Source of the DNA: Setoptus koraiensis
Lineage: Eukaryota; Animalia; Arthropoda
Direction: 5' to 3'
DNA length: 64,000 nucleotides
Assembly (NCBI GenBank): GCA_048013815.1
Contig: CM106585.1
Span: 806,001 to 870,000 of the forward strand
The notes under the pieces: generated by a model
Seen by the model: only the letters and a program-made list of their open reading frames with translations
Databases searched by the model: none
Told to the model about the DNA's origin: nothing
Made by a program: the position numbers and the translations under genes
Shown: positions 45,804-57,700 of the stretch, in pieces
Position numbering within the stretch: the first letter of the stretch is position 1
Layout: each line of letters opens with the position of its first letter

Positions 45804-48800
45804 TTATTCTGGTTGAGTTATGCGACTCAAATTGACCGTCAACTCTTCACAGATTGTCCTATAGGGCGGCTTGTCCAAACCGGTCAATATCAGACTGTCC
45901 ATAAGGTTTGATTGGGGCCCATCATAAGGCAGCTCTGTGTCGTATAGCACGGGCGCCAATGCGAAAATGGCCACAGTGCCCACTATACAGGCTAATAGGA
46001 AAAATATCAAAAATATGCGATCAATAACAAGTGCAATGTATTTCCAATTTTCTTTCACCTGTTGTTGTCCATTGGGCACACATAGTTTGCATTATTTGGT
46101 TCGATTGTATTGCGAAAACAAAGAGAAAATTGTTAGAAAATTGTTAGAAAATTACCAGAGAATGATCAGAAAATTGTCAGAAAATTATCGTGAGCTACAA
46201 ACGACCAACGACCCGATGGTCGCGATACGGCCGTCGGGTGGGCCCATATTGGGCACAGTGGGGCATACTTACGCTCTCGAACTCGTCAAGATTGTCAATG
46301 TGCTGAGCAATGAACATGGTGTTCTGAATGGCCTTGTCTATCTCTTCCATGAGGAGCCTCATCTCAAACGAATCGCGCTGCTGTTGCTGGCGCTGCTGAT
46401 GGTACAATTGTGCCATGCCCGCCCGATGACCACTTCCGGTGCCGCCAACAAAACCAGCAGCGCTCACAGCCAGCTGATGTTGCTGCTGCTGGTTGGGCCA
46501 ATTTGGCGCCGAGCCGCTCGTCTGACGCTCAACTTGTTGTTGTTCGTGATTAGAACGACGCTGTCTGAGGCCGCTCGCTACAACATTAAAGGGCGCCTTA
46601 TAATTGGTATGCGGGTCGCTGTTGTTGACTTTGGTGTTGTTCATGAGTGTTCGCGATTGTTGTTGGCGACCAACCAGTAGATCACAGTTGCCGGAAGTGT
46701 CGAAATTGCAACCAGCAGCGGGCTGCACTCTGGCAGCCGATGCGGCGGCCACTGAATTTGCGCACTGTGCGCAATTTCTGGCATTAATTAACTGTCTATT
46801 ATCATAACTAGACACCAAGTTGTTTGTCGTAATGAGATCGTCGCTGTTGTTGTTGCGCAACTGTCTAGCGCTGTTTCTGTTGTCCATTGTTCTCGACATG
46901 TAGGCCGTTGGCGCTCGTTGATTGCCACAATGTTGTTGTTGTTGATCGGAGGCTCTCGCTTGCCAACATTGGTAGCTACTCAAATTGTTTAGAGAGAAGG
47001 CCGGAACAATGCCGCAACCGGCCATGTTGGCCAACAGAGCAGGTGCCTTGTTGTTGTTGTTGTTGTTGTTGTTGCAATTGTGGCGCATTGTACCTGATTT
47101 GTTGTTGTTGTTGTTGTTGTTGTTCATAAATGATGTTTGGCACATCATCAACGGTGACGACTCGACGCCACCTGGACCGGAAGTCATGCAATACTTGCCC
47201 GGGCCGGTGCTTTTGGGGCGCACCTCTGACATTGAGATGCTAGTTACGATTTGTCTGTTGTTGTTGCTGCTGGCTAATGGTCTGCGTTGCATTGTTAATT
47301 GCTTGTTGTTATGCAAATAGGACGCATAAGTAACGGGATCGGACATTTGATGATATGGAGCTATGGCGCGGTGATGACTCGGGCACATCGGGCCGCTTGC
47401 CATGGGGCACACAGGTGCACTAGGGTTAGGGCACATGGAATGCTTCAAGATTTGTTGGTGTTGCTGGTGCAGACATTGCGCCGACAGTGGCTCCATAGAG
47501 ACAGTACCTCGCACAATACCGTAATCTGCACTGTTCGCATGCGGATGTTGCGGGTACCGTCGGATACCGCTAACGCTGGGTATCGCAGCGCCAGTCGTTG
47601 ATAAATCATGTTGTTGTTGAGCTTGATGTTGTTGTTGTTGTTGTTGTTGTTGCAGATGATGAATATTTTTCATATTTAAAGTGCTTCGTTGTGCTGCCGC
47701 TAGAGGCGCTGCAGCGGTGCTGATTTGCATATTATCATTGTTATCACTGTTATTTTGACTTTGACTTCTATTGTCGTCATTGAGCAATCCTTTCAAACTT
47801 GATCTATTTTGTGGCGCCGATTGTGACGACAATTGCGACGACAATTGTTTTGCGCGATGCAAACCACAATTGAGCCTGCTACTACTGCCGCCCCTGTCGC
47901 ACATTGGACATTCACTGAGCGGCCCCACAGATCTTAGCGGTGGCGGCGGGGGTGGCAGTGGCACTTCGGGGTGTGTCCACTGACCGCCGGGACTGATTGC
48001 GGCACAATTTATTGTGGCGCTCATATCGAGCTCGGGATCTCGTGCGGAGCGCGTTGCGTTTGCTGTTGGCGCGTAGGGATGCGGTTGAATCGACACGGAC
48101 TGGCTAGCTGACGATTCTATAGATATTATGTTGTCTTCGTCATCCTCTATGGCACACATGATGTCCTCATCATCGTTGTCGTCATCATCGTCATCGGCGG
48201 CCATATCCAGACGGCGCAACCTGCGCTTCCGGTCCGGGCCAGCGCAATAGCCGGGCCGCTCGTCGTCGTCGGCCTCGTCATCGTCGTCTGTTTGCGCCCT
48301 ATTAAACGACGACGACGAGGTATTTGCATCACCGGTGCTCAATCGTTGCTGTCTGTTGCTTCTGGCACGACCTAGGCCCATGTTGTTGTTGTTCAATGTC
48401 GTGGGCGTCAGCACAGGTGAGTGGACAGAGTTGTTGGAGTTGAGCTTGTTTAGCGGCATGGAAGCATTGGTTGCCATGGCGCTAGCATACTGATGGCTGT
48501 GACTATTATTGTTTTGGCTATTAATTAGGCGACAACTATTATCACGACTATTTGGCGTTGTTGTGGGTGGCGGTTGATACTGTTGTTGCTGCAGTTGTTG
48601 TTTTTGTAGCTGCTGCTGCTGTGACACTGTTGCTGTTGTTGCTGATGGCAGTGCTAGCGGAGACCTCCTAGCGGCAGTAGCCTCCAATTGAGCAGTTGCC
48701 GTCCGGGTAACACCGCCCATCAGAGCGGCTACCGCTGAGTTGCCCAGGAAGTGAGTGCCCGATCCAGATTGATGAGACGGCCACGGGTAACAACTGGACA

Positions 48801-51800
48801 ATGTGCCCGATTTCATTGTTGTCGAGCTAGTATTGATCGGACCGCTTTGGGTACCCACACAATAATGTTGGCACACGGGCTTGTCGCACTGCTGACCGGT
48901 TGCTGTCAGACAGGCAACGCCCACTGTGCTCGGCCTATAGTACGATGAATATCCGGGCGGCATGCCCGCCAGTGAGCAGCGTCTTGCGGGCCCAACGCGC
49001 CACTGATTTAGGCTACAAATAGATTGACGCGCCTGAAAGTGCTGATGGTATTGGTAGTCATTCTCGTACGATGTCGATTGGTCGTCGGTATTGGCCAAAT
49101 TGGTCTTTAATTTTTGCAATCTTCTCAGCGGTTGCAACTGAAGTTTGTTGTGCCCGCCGACCGTTGCTACCTGTTGTGGTGTTTGCACTGATTGATTGTT
49201 GCTGTTTTCTTGTAATTGTTGTTGCTGTTGTTGTTGTTGCTGCTGTTGCTGCTGTTGTTGTTGTTGCTGCTGTTGTTGTTGCTGTTGTTGCTGCTGCTGT
49301 TGTTGATCGTGCTGTTCTCGGCTTCTTTTCAGTCGGAACAATTCCAGCGACTTCCGGCCAGATGTTCGGCGTTGTTCACAGCAATCGGCAGCACCAGTGG
49401 CAACAGGTTGCTGTTTGGAAGTTGCATGCTTAAGCTTGTTCAATTGTTTAGTAGTTAATTTTTCATTATTACTATTAGTATTATTATAGGGACTAGACGG
49501 CTTTACGGCAGCGGCCAATAGAGTGCGCACTTGTTCTCGTTGTTGCTCCTCTTTCAAGAGATGCTGCTGTTGCTCTCTAATGGATGCCTGATTTGAGCCA
49601 ACAGCACCACATCTTGCCGAGCCGCGATGCTGTTGGTGCTGTTGTTGTTGTTGTTGTTGTTGTTGTTGCTGTTGGTGGTGGTGATATATGGTTTGTGGTG
49701 CGGTTTGTTGGACACCCAAAGAGTTTTTCAATTGTTTTAATTGCTCTTGGACTTGCATCACTCCTTGTGCGTAGGCTTGATTGTGCGGATAAATAAGTTG
49801 CTCGGGTAAAACGCTACCCTGATGCTGATACTGGGGCGTGTTCAACCACAAATATTTGGGCAGAATATCTAGACACCAGCGTTTAACCCAAACGGGCATA
49901 GTGTGTGTGGAGGGAGTCCTAAAGTGGACGTTGAGCACTAATACAGTGACTAAAATTGACACGGTTATTAGCGCCATGGTCAGCACAAGATATTGGCCTA
50001 ACAGGGGTAGCGCCAACGAGGTACTGGGCATAGTTTCAAACAGGACCAAGAAGAAAAAAATTAGCGCCACCAAACTTGATATGGTGAGCGTGACCTAAAG
50101 CATCAATGACGCAATTGCATCGTAATCGGACCATGACCGGATGTAGAAACGAGAAGATGCGCATTAGAAAGGTATTTGGGTAAATGTGTTTTTGGGTAGA
50201 TGTGTTTTTGGGTAGTGTGCACACTGCCCAGATCAGAGAGGCCCACCGAGCGACGTTCACATACCTTCTCGCCCGAATCGGAAGGCAAGTAAAATACCCA
50301 GACCGAGATGGCGGTAATACCCACGCAGGGCAAAATTAAATTAACTATGTAAAACAGTGGCTTCCTTCGTAATGTTATGTAAAAAGTGACGTCCATGTAA
50401 AAGGCATCCGGGCAACATGCGTAGGTACGCCTACGCCTGGTGGCGGGCACCGACATTATGTCCCACTCGACGTTCCTGTAATATTCACTCAAATCCATGC
50501 CGTGCTCTATTTTATCCTCGTTCGCGGAATGGCCGTCAGGCGTCGAGGTGCCTGGAGAAGAGTTGGTCTCGTTGCCTTGCATGTGCCACAATTCCACCTG
50601 TCTACCGTCATGGGTCCAGCTCCTATTGTTTGTTTGTTCATGCGGGGTTGGGGTTTTCGGGTTTATTGGTTGTCGCGTTTGGGGCATTTTCATAGTTTCA
50701 AGTGGATTATTGGATGAGATTATTGGATGGAATAGGCAGAGGGGGTCAATTCAATGTTTATCGATACAGTGCTTGCTACAAGCGACCCAAGTTGCAAAAT
50801 GTTGCACTGTGCGCCATGTCCTCGCCTCCACGTGCGCCAAAGGTGCCCCGAAGCGAGCTTTTTGGGGCACTCTGGCACATTTGTAGCACTTTGTTAGGCA
50901 AACAATCGCTGTTTGGGTGTTTGGGCCCACAGTGACTGCAGCTTATAATGCACCATTCACTCTGCCAACAAATCAATAAGTTGAGCTCATTGATCCGCTT
51001 GCGCAACTAGAGACAAAAGCTGGCATGCAATTGTAAATTTATTTATCTGTTCGGCTGTGTGCGTTAAGGCAGCTAATTATCGTGCATTGCAAAGCTCATC
51101 AGCATAACCTGGGGCCCCATGCTCGACCCAACTTTTTTGCTCGCCACCTATATTCACGTTTTGTGGCTCGCTCATCAATTCGCCAACTCACTGGCGCTCG
51201 CTGGCCGACTCTGGCGACTGGACTGGCCTAGTTGACCGAATGGCAGCTAGGGGCGCGCCGAAGGGCACTTGGCAAATGGGAATGTGCACAATTGCATTGT
51301 TGCAGCAGAAACACTGACATCAGTCTCAATTGGATTGAGACGGCCAATTTTAAAATAAATAATAAAATAAAATTGCACCCGAATTGCGCTTGCATACGAA
51401 TAAATATATACACGTGCAAACTTACCCGAATTTCATGTTGCAAGTTTGTCTGTCAAACGGAAAATAAGTGACATCTATTTGGCAAGAGCTGCGCAAAATC
51501 GCTGGAGGGTTCCAAGAGACGTGCCCATCAAAGCGGACAACGGCCTTGGTCATGATGGACACGTAATAGGCACCATCGGCACTGTATACATTAATAGCAT
51601 ATTAATAGTGTATTGAGAGCATATTGAGAGCATATTAAGAGTATGTGTACCATCAATAGCAGTGACAATGCGGATAGCGATGATTTAATGAGAGAAAATT
51701 CCAAGTTGATTAGCAATAATTGTTGATTAGATTGGAATGTGTCTGTGTTTGGTTATATTTGCAACCCGATGTGTATATTTCTGTTATATCTGTTATATCT

Positions 51801-51932
51801 GTATATGTCATGTAGTACTCACCTGTTATAAAGCACAATGTCGGGCAACCAAATATGTTCGGAGGGCACATTCACATCACTGATGCCTCCGTATTCTTCT
51901 GGGTCCCATTTGAGCTTGTGATCAGTCCATTC
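45804..51932 (-). CDS. nAChRalpha: Nicotinic acetylcholine receptor alpha subunit, 5' partial: join(complement 51823..51932, 51426..51581, 50265..50622, 46273..50094, 45804..46058), 1566 aa resolved
   Basis: Exons encode [16 protein letters not shown]...WLPDIVLYN (110-nt exon), the Cys-loop [15 protein letters not shown], loop B GSWTHDG, vicinal cysteines YACCPDAFY (alpha type), TM1 [17 protein letters not shown]2-TM3 and TM4 [13 protein letters not shown]. All junctions are GT-AG with consistent phases; 4701 nt = 1567 codons including the stop. The signal-peptide and loop D exons were not found. Confidence 0.95.
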
Positions 51933-53672
51933 CTGTGTGTTGGGCAGCGAGATTGAGCACAAGCATTGAGATTAGTATTCGTATTCGTATTCGTATTAAT
52001 GTTATGTCAAGCTGGCTTCATCAACAACTAAAAGTAACTAACAAACAAGTAACTACCAAGCTAATAACTATTGAGCTGGGCATGTATTGAGCAATAATTG
52101 CGTCAATAATGTCAGTGTTGTCAATAATTAGTTTCGTATGCTAATCACTTGGATTGCATCCTCTCTGATGCCTATATCTCACTCATACTGCCAAGCTGAT
52201 GCTGTCAAACTGATACTATCAAGCCAATACTGTCGAGCCAGTACCCAAGGGCCGATACCCTGGGGCTGACACTGCCGGCCTGATAGTATCAGTTGATGCT
52301 GGATACAAATATGTCACTCTATGGCCAATGATAAAGTCATTAGATTGGTTGACACCTTGATTGAACCCGAAACTAGCAGTAACTAGTATTTCAACACCAG
52401 AGAGCGCTGTCTGTTTGTGTCTAGACAACGACATGCCGGACAAAAGGGTGCGCTGTTATTGTTTTCAGTGACACTAGTTGTTTTCTGTCAGTGACGGTTT
52501 GACAGTCCACTTGACACAAATAGTTGACACACACACACACACGCACACGCTTGGCAAGGTGAGACAAACAATAACTATTGTGCAATATATTGTTTTGTTG
52601 GTGTGACAGAGAATTCTTTGGACAGGGGCCCAGAGAACGACACAAGCGGACACAAGCGGACACAATGCGCCAGCCAACATTAAACAAGTGGCCACTTGTT
52701 TGTCAAGTCACATCACTGTCGATACACAAATACTAGTGAACAACAAAACACAGACAGCAGTTGGTAAATATTTATTCATGGCCGGCATGTCGACAGCACC
52801 AAAGCAAGTGTCAATCGGTCCGTTATTGCTCTTTTGTCATCATTGTATCCTATCCAGATAATAATAATCTAGCAAACAAATTGCAACAACAAGCCATCTG
52901 AGTGTGTGCTGAGTGAAAATGTCAGCCACTTTACGAGGGCCCAAAGTTGAAACTCGCCAATCTTGTTGCTTGCCTCATCATCAACGTGCCCTCCCCTGGC
53001 CAAATCCTTGTCCATCAAGCTCAAGTTGGCACCGATTCGCGCCACCATTTCATCCACTGCAACTGCAGCCGATAATTTTTATCCCATTTTTGAGTAACTT
53101 TATACAATATTATATTATTAATGCGCTGCTGATAACAGAGCTCGCCACCATCTAACAACTCGTTAGCATTTAACTGAACTTTTTAGCATCATGATGAGTA
53201 TGTCTTGAAACAAGCCAATTTAGTTCGACTTTTCGCCACTCGATAGTTGCATGCGTCACTTCCGGTGGCGCGCTGATGGCGCGCTGGTGGCGCGCTGGTG
53301 GCATGCAACTATGGCCAGATAATAATGATTTAATATTATGTTGCTCGGGTGGTTGAGGTGAGCAGAACAAAAGGCAACTCGTGACAAATGGCAAAATGAC
53401 ATGACAAATAATATATTTCCAGCATCATCATTGACATGATAAGGCGACTCAGCGCAAATCATTAGGTATACAATATGATTATTGTGTTACAATTGATGAA
53501 TGGCACGCTCGATATCAAGCAGCCAATCGGGCATTTGATTGAATGGTGCGATTAAGACGAAATTAAGTCAAGATGCAAATTTTACCACCAACAACAACAA
53601 AATATCACTTGACACAGTTGCAGTTGTTGCGTTTGGGGCGCTGTCGCAGTTCGAGACACTCTCGCAAGCGGC

Positions 53673-53739
53673 AAACTTGTGCCAGAGAAACTCGTGCCAG
53701 AGAAACTCGTGCCAGAGAAACTCGTGACAGAGAAACTTG
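53673..53739 (+). repeat. 15-bp minisatellite (AAACTCGTGCCAGAG) x4.5
   Basis: Direct reading. Confidence 0.9.
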
Positions 53740-54752
53740 CGAAGAGAGAGAAGGCGAGTTTCGCTGTAGCTGCGTCCCTCACTGACGACGTCCAAATAAA
53801 CGATGCTCAACGATTTGATTTCTGATGATTCTATTCAATCTAATAAACGATCGATCATTTTCCGCGTGTGTGTGTGTGTGTCTAGATCTGGCCAGACAGG
53901 TCCCGTGATCGGATGGCATTGTATCGGCGCACCATGAGAGCGGATATTTGAGCTGGCGTGTACGTCGCCAGCAAGACAGTGAGTAAGCGGGCAGAGAGAT
54001 TGGCGCACTTGAGCCGAAAACACTTTCGCATCCTTAAGCCGGGCCGGTTTTTGGTTGTGTGCGGGTGCGGACGCGGACGAGGGGAGGGGGCATTAAAAAG
54101 TAGCCAGTGAGCCAGCTTAGCCGATAATGTTTAGTTGTGGCACGGATTGTGTCCAGTTGATGTGCGGGCGTCGCTGATGTGGCAACGCGCTGCCCGACAA
54201 AAAGTATCGAAACAAAAAACGTTGCCGATGCGCGCCATGAGTGTGGGCCCCAAAAAGAATATGATAAATATTCTTGTTTGGCATTCATTGGCGTTGCACA
54301 TTGGGCCAGTGCCAGTCGGCATTGCAGTTTGCCGGAATTGCCGCCGAGTGCAAGTGATCGGAATAAGTTTGTCGGCGGGCCAAATGTGAGTGTGTCCACA
54401 TGAATGATTCATCTGAAATTCATTCCAGCGACTCTCAGGAGCCCCCTTTCTAGTGGCCGCTAGTTGGTGCACTATCGATGCTTTGCGACAAACGAACCAG
54501 CGCGCGCGGATAATTGTGCCGTCTGAGTGAAACAGTTCGCTTCGACAGTATCGTTGCCGGATCAATGTTTGTGCGGATCAATGGCTATCTCTATTGAGCC
54601 TGTCGCATCAATTGCATATGAGCTGTATAGTTGAGCGATTTTGGTTGCGAGCATGCACGCAAATATGCAAATTTGTGATGACATGAAGCGACACTGCAGC
54701 ACGATCTGCGCACGCTGCCCGCACAACCTGTTATCATATAAAATACATCTGA

Positions 54753-54794
54753 TATCTGATATATTGAGGCTCTTCCCCCTCAATATATCAGATA
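54753..54794. repeat. Perfect inverted repeat, 17-bp arms with an 8-nt loop
   Basis: TATCTGATATATTGAGG / CTCTTCCC / CCTCAATATATCAGATA. Confidence 0.9.
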
Positions 54795-57700
54795 AACCCC
54801 TCGGCAATCGGCCCAAAAGAACATGCTGCAAATTTTTGCACAATATTATGTCATGTTATGCCAGAAATTAGTGATGCAATCAGTTGGCGCACCATTCTGA
54901 CATGACATGCAAGCATCATACGCGCACACGTCTTACGGGGTGTTTTCCGCTTTTTGGTTGCGCAAGCGGAAGCGATGTCGTTGTCGTGATTGGTGACACA
55001 CGGTCGTCACATCTCTGGCACAATTGTTTCGAGACACTGCGCCCCGACGACAAGTGCACACATTTGGCATAAATTGGGCTGGCTGGCTTGCTTGCCAGAT
55101 CCCCTAAATCTCGGTTTTGAGCCAGATTTTCAGCACACGAGCATGTCAAGTTGCGCACGTTGCCACCACTGGATTCCAGTGACTGGAAACGGTCAAAAAA
55201 ATCTGGTCTCACTGGCGCGAGGCCTTGAGCCGATTCGCGGCTTGCGTCCGATCTATGATGAATTTAAATAACTCATGACACATAACTCATGGGATGTGAT
55301 TTATTTTCAGCTTGATGATGGCCGTTTTTTCGTTTAGTCGAGCCGCTGTCAGCCGGCAAATTGTTGCAAATTGTTGCAAATTCATGTTTGCGTTGAAAAT
55401 TGTCAGCAGCAAGTGGCAAATGGTGCCCAAAATGGTCGCTGGTGCGCGTGTGAAATTCAGTGTGCAGCTCAAAGTTTTTCACTCAGTTTGCTCTAAAATG
55501 CTCGCCCCAAAACAGTTGCCAGAGCGAGTGTTTTGGGGCGAGCCACCATGCAGAAAGAGCGCCCATCGTTGTCGTCATCATTTGGCTTTATTTTATCCTC
55601 CACTGACCACAACACAGCGGCTCCGTTGCTGCCTTTAGCGGGCCCATTTGAGCAAGCCAGCCTAATGACCGCTCGGCGGTTTATCTGGCGCGCGCTGTTT
55701 ATCACGGGCTCTCAGGCACATTGCGCAACCATCGACAAGACAGTGGGGCCCATCCGTGGGGCCCAGCACACAAGTGAGTGCGTGTGTTGGCGTCACAAGC
55801 CGTTGCCAGGCAACAATTTATCCGTGTCATGTCGCCCACTGGTGACGACAATCATCATCACTGTTGCCGCGATGATGATGGTTTTACAATGAGGGGCCCC
55901 ACGCACAAACAATTCACTTATTTCGCTTGCTTTTGCTTTGGTCGCTTGCTTCTGCCAGAGGGTTTCTGGGCAATGCAGCCCGCCCAAAAGCCCGATTTAA
56001 ATCCCCAACACAATTCATGTTGCTGCTTGAGGCCCATTGTCTCACATGCGCGCCGGCACCATTATGGTGCGCGATTGATTTGGGGCCAGCGACACCAGGC
56101 GAACACCAGGGGCCCAGCAAAAACTTAATGACTTTCATGGGCACACTCCCATCAAATGCTGCTGTTGTTCGCAACTCGTTATCACGTGACTCGTTTCGCT
56201 ACACTAGTCACTGGCTGGCTTCACTGGTCCTAATTTCACCAGCTAACCAGCCACTGGTAACTCACTAATGCCAGCCTCTCACTAATAACAGTTGTTGCCA
56301 GTAGCCAGTAACCGGTTACTGGTGCCACTGTGGCCAACAGTCCAGATGGCCCCAAGACCTCTAGCGGCGGTGATGTGTAAGTGGTGAAAAAACAATCAAA
56401 TTCTCATGATACAAAGTGACAAACACATTTATCTAGTAGTTGCTGTTGGGGCTTGGGGGTGTGTGTGTGTGGGTGTGGGTGGGTGTCAATTCTTTCAGCT
56501 ATTCGGTTATAATGGTGATTGCCACCATGGGGCGCGGCTATTGGCGATACATGTGATAATAACACAGCTAAAGCTTAAGCTTGTTGTTAAATGATTCATG
56601 TTAGTCATGCCGCTAATCTATCCCATCTCTAATATGATGTCTCTGTTGGGGGCGAGGGAGCGCCGTCTAGCGGTGGTGTTTGCGCACCAAAGTCAATTAT
56701 AGTTTAGTTTGTCACACAGTCTCTATTGTCTTGCAGCGTACAAGTGTTTGTGTGTTATGTAACTGCACTTGTTATATACAGTTACACATAGTATCTATAA
56801 CTGTATGTATCTGATTGTATGGACACAGTATGAGAATTGGCAGCTTTGTGTGTCTTGCCAGCGGCAACTGGCGGTGTGGCCACCAGGGGAGACACTGACA
56901 ACACAGTCTAGACGGGATTTATAGATAGCTACAAGAGTGTGGTAATGCCAGCTTGCGACATTGTATGCATGTGTCCATGGGAGATAGATGATGGTTACAG
57001 CCAAAAACAAGTTGTATAACAGTTACGTAACGTAGCTGTCGGTTGTTGTCGGTTGTTGTCGGTTGTTGTTGCGGCTTAAATGAGCCGGCTCACAACTACA
57101 ACCGGCTGATTGTTATTTTTCTTGGTTGCCTTTTTTGTGTGTTGGTTGTCTTTGTTTTGTGCTGCTTAGGACACAACAGTCAATTGTTGTCAATTGTATC
57201 ACGGCTTCACTTGGTCGCTCGCTGCCACTTGGTGTGGCCATGTCACTGGGGCCCACAACGGAGCCGTTATAACTGTACACTAACACAACTCATAAGCAAC
57301 CAGCCAGCATGGACATAGACACAACAAGCGAAAGGGAGAGAAGGGAGAAAGGGGAGAGCAAGATTGATTGGTGCACAGTTGATACAGTTAGCGACTGACC
57401 ACTGGCCCTCACTGCATGCTGCTCGAAATTACAACTAAGTCTAATCCTGACGCAATAAAGCAGCATCAGGCAAGCGCTGCACTTGACTGGTGGTCAGCCA
57501 ACAAACATTGATATATACGGCCGATATTGCGCAACAAATGCAGATTTGTTTGTAGTGCGCTCAATGCAGATTTGTCTTGTGTCTGAGTCTGGACAATCTT
57601 ATTGTGCTAGATCTGTCACAATCGAAGACGTTACAATAAAGGCGTCACAACAGGACGTGCACGAGTCTGCAGCCGCAATGACTTTCGCGACACAGCCAGC

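Noticed and set aside
68-51932. Tmc and nAChR in the same window as a functional sensory gene cluster
   Set aside because: They are about 40 kb apart with unrelated housekeeping genes between them; there is no sequence evidence of co-regulation
52770-52850. Minus-strand GYNDDKRAITDRLTLALVLS resembling nAChR YN...DRLTV
   Set aside because: Spacing is wrong, the IRP motif is missing, there is an in-frame stop and no good splice sites
54723-54843. Minus-strand peptide GLSDI...ILYDN ending in AACAG|GT, superficially like a duplicate of the 110-nt nAChR exon (alternative exon 4')
   Set aside because: It lacks the W, P and D residues of WLPD and the EW...W start, nucleotide similarity is minimal, the donor is weak, and the repeated SDI is explained by the inverted repeat
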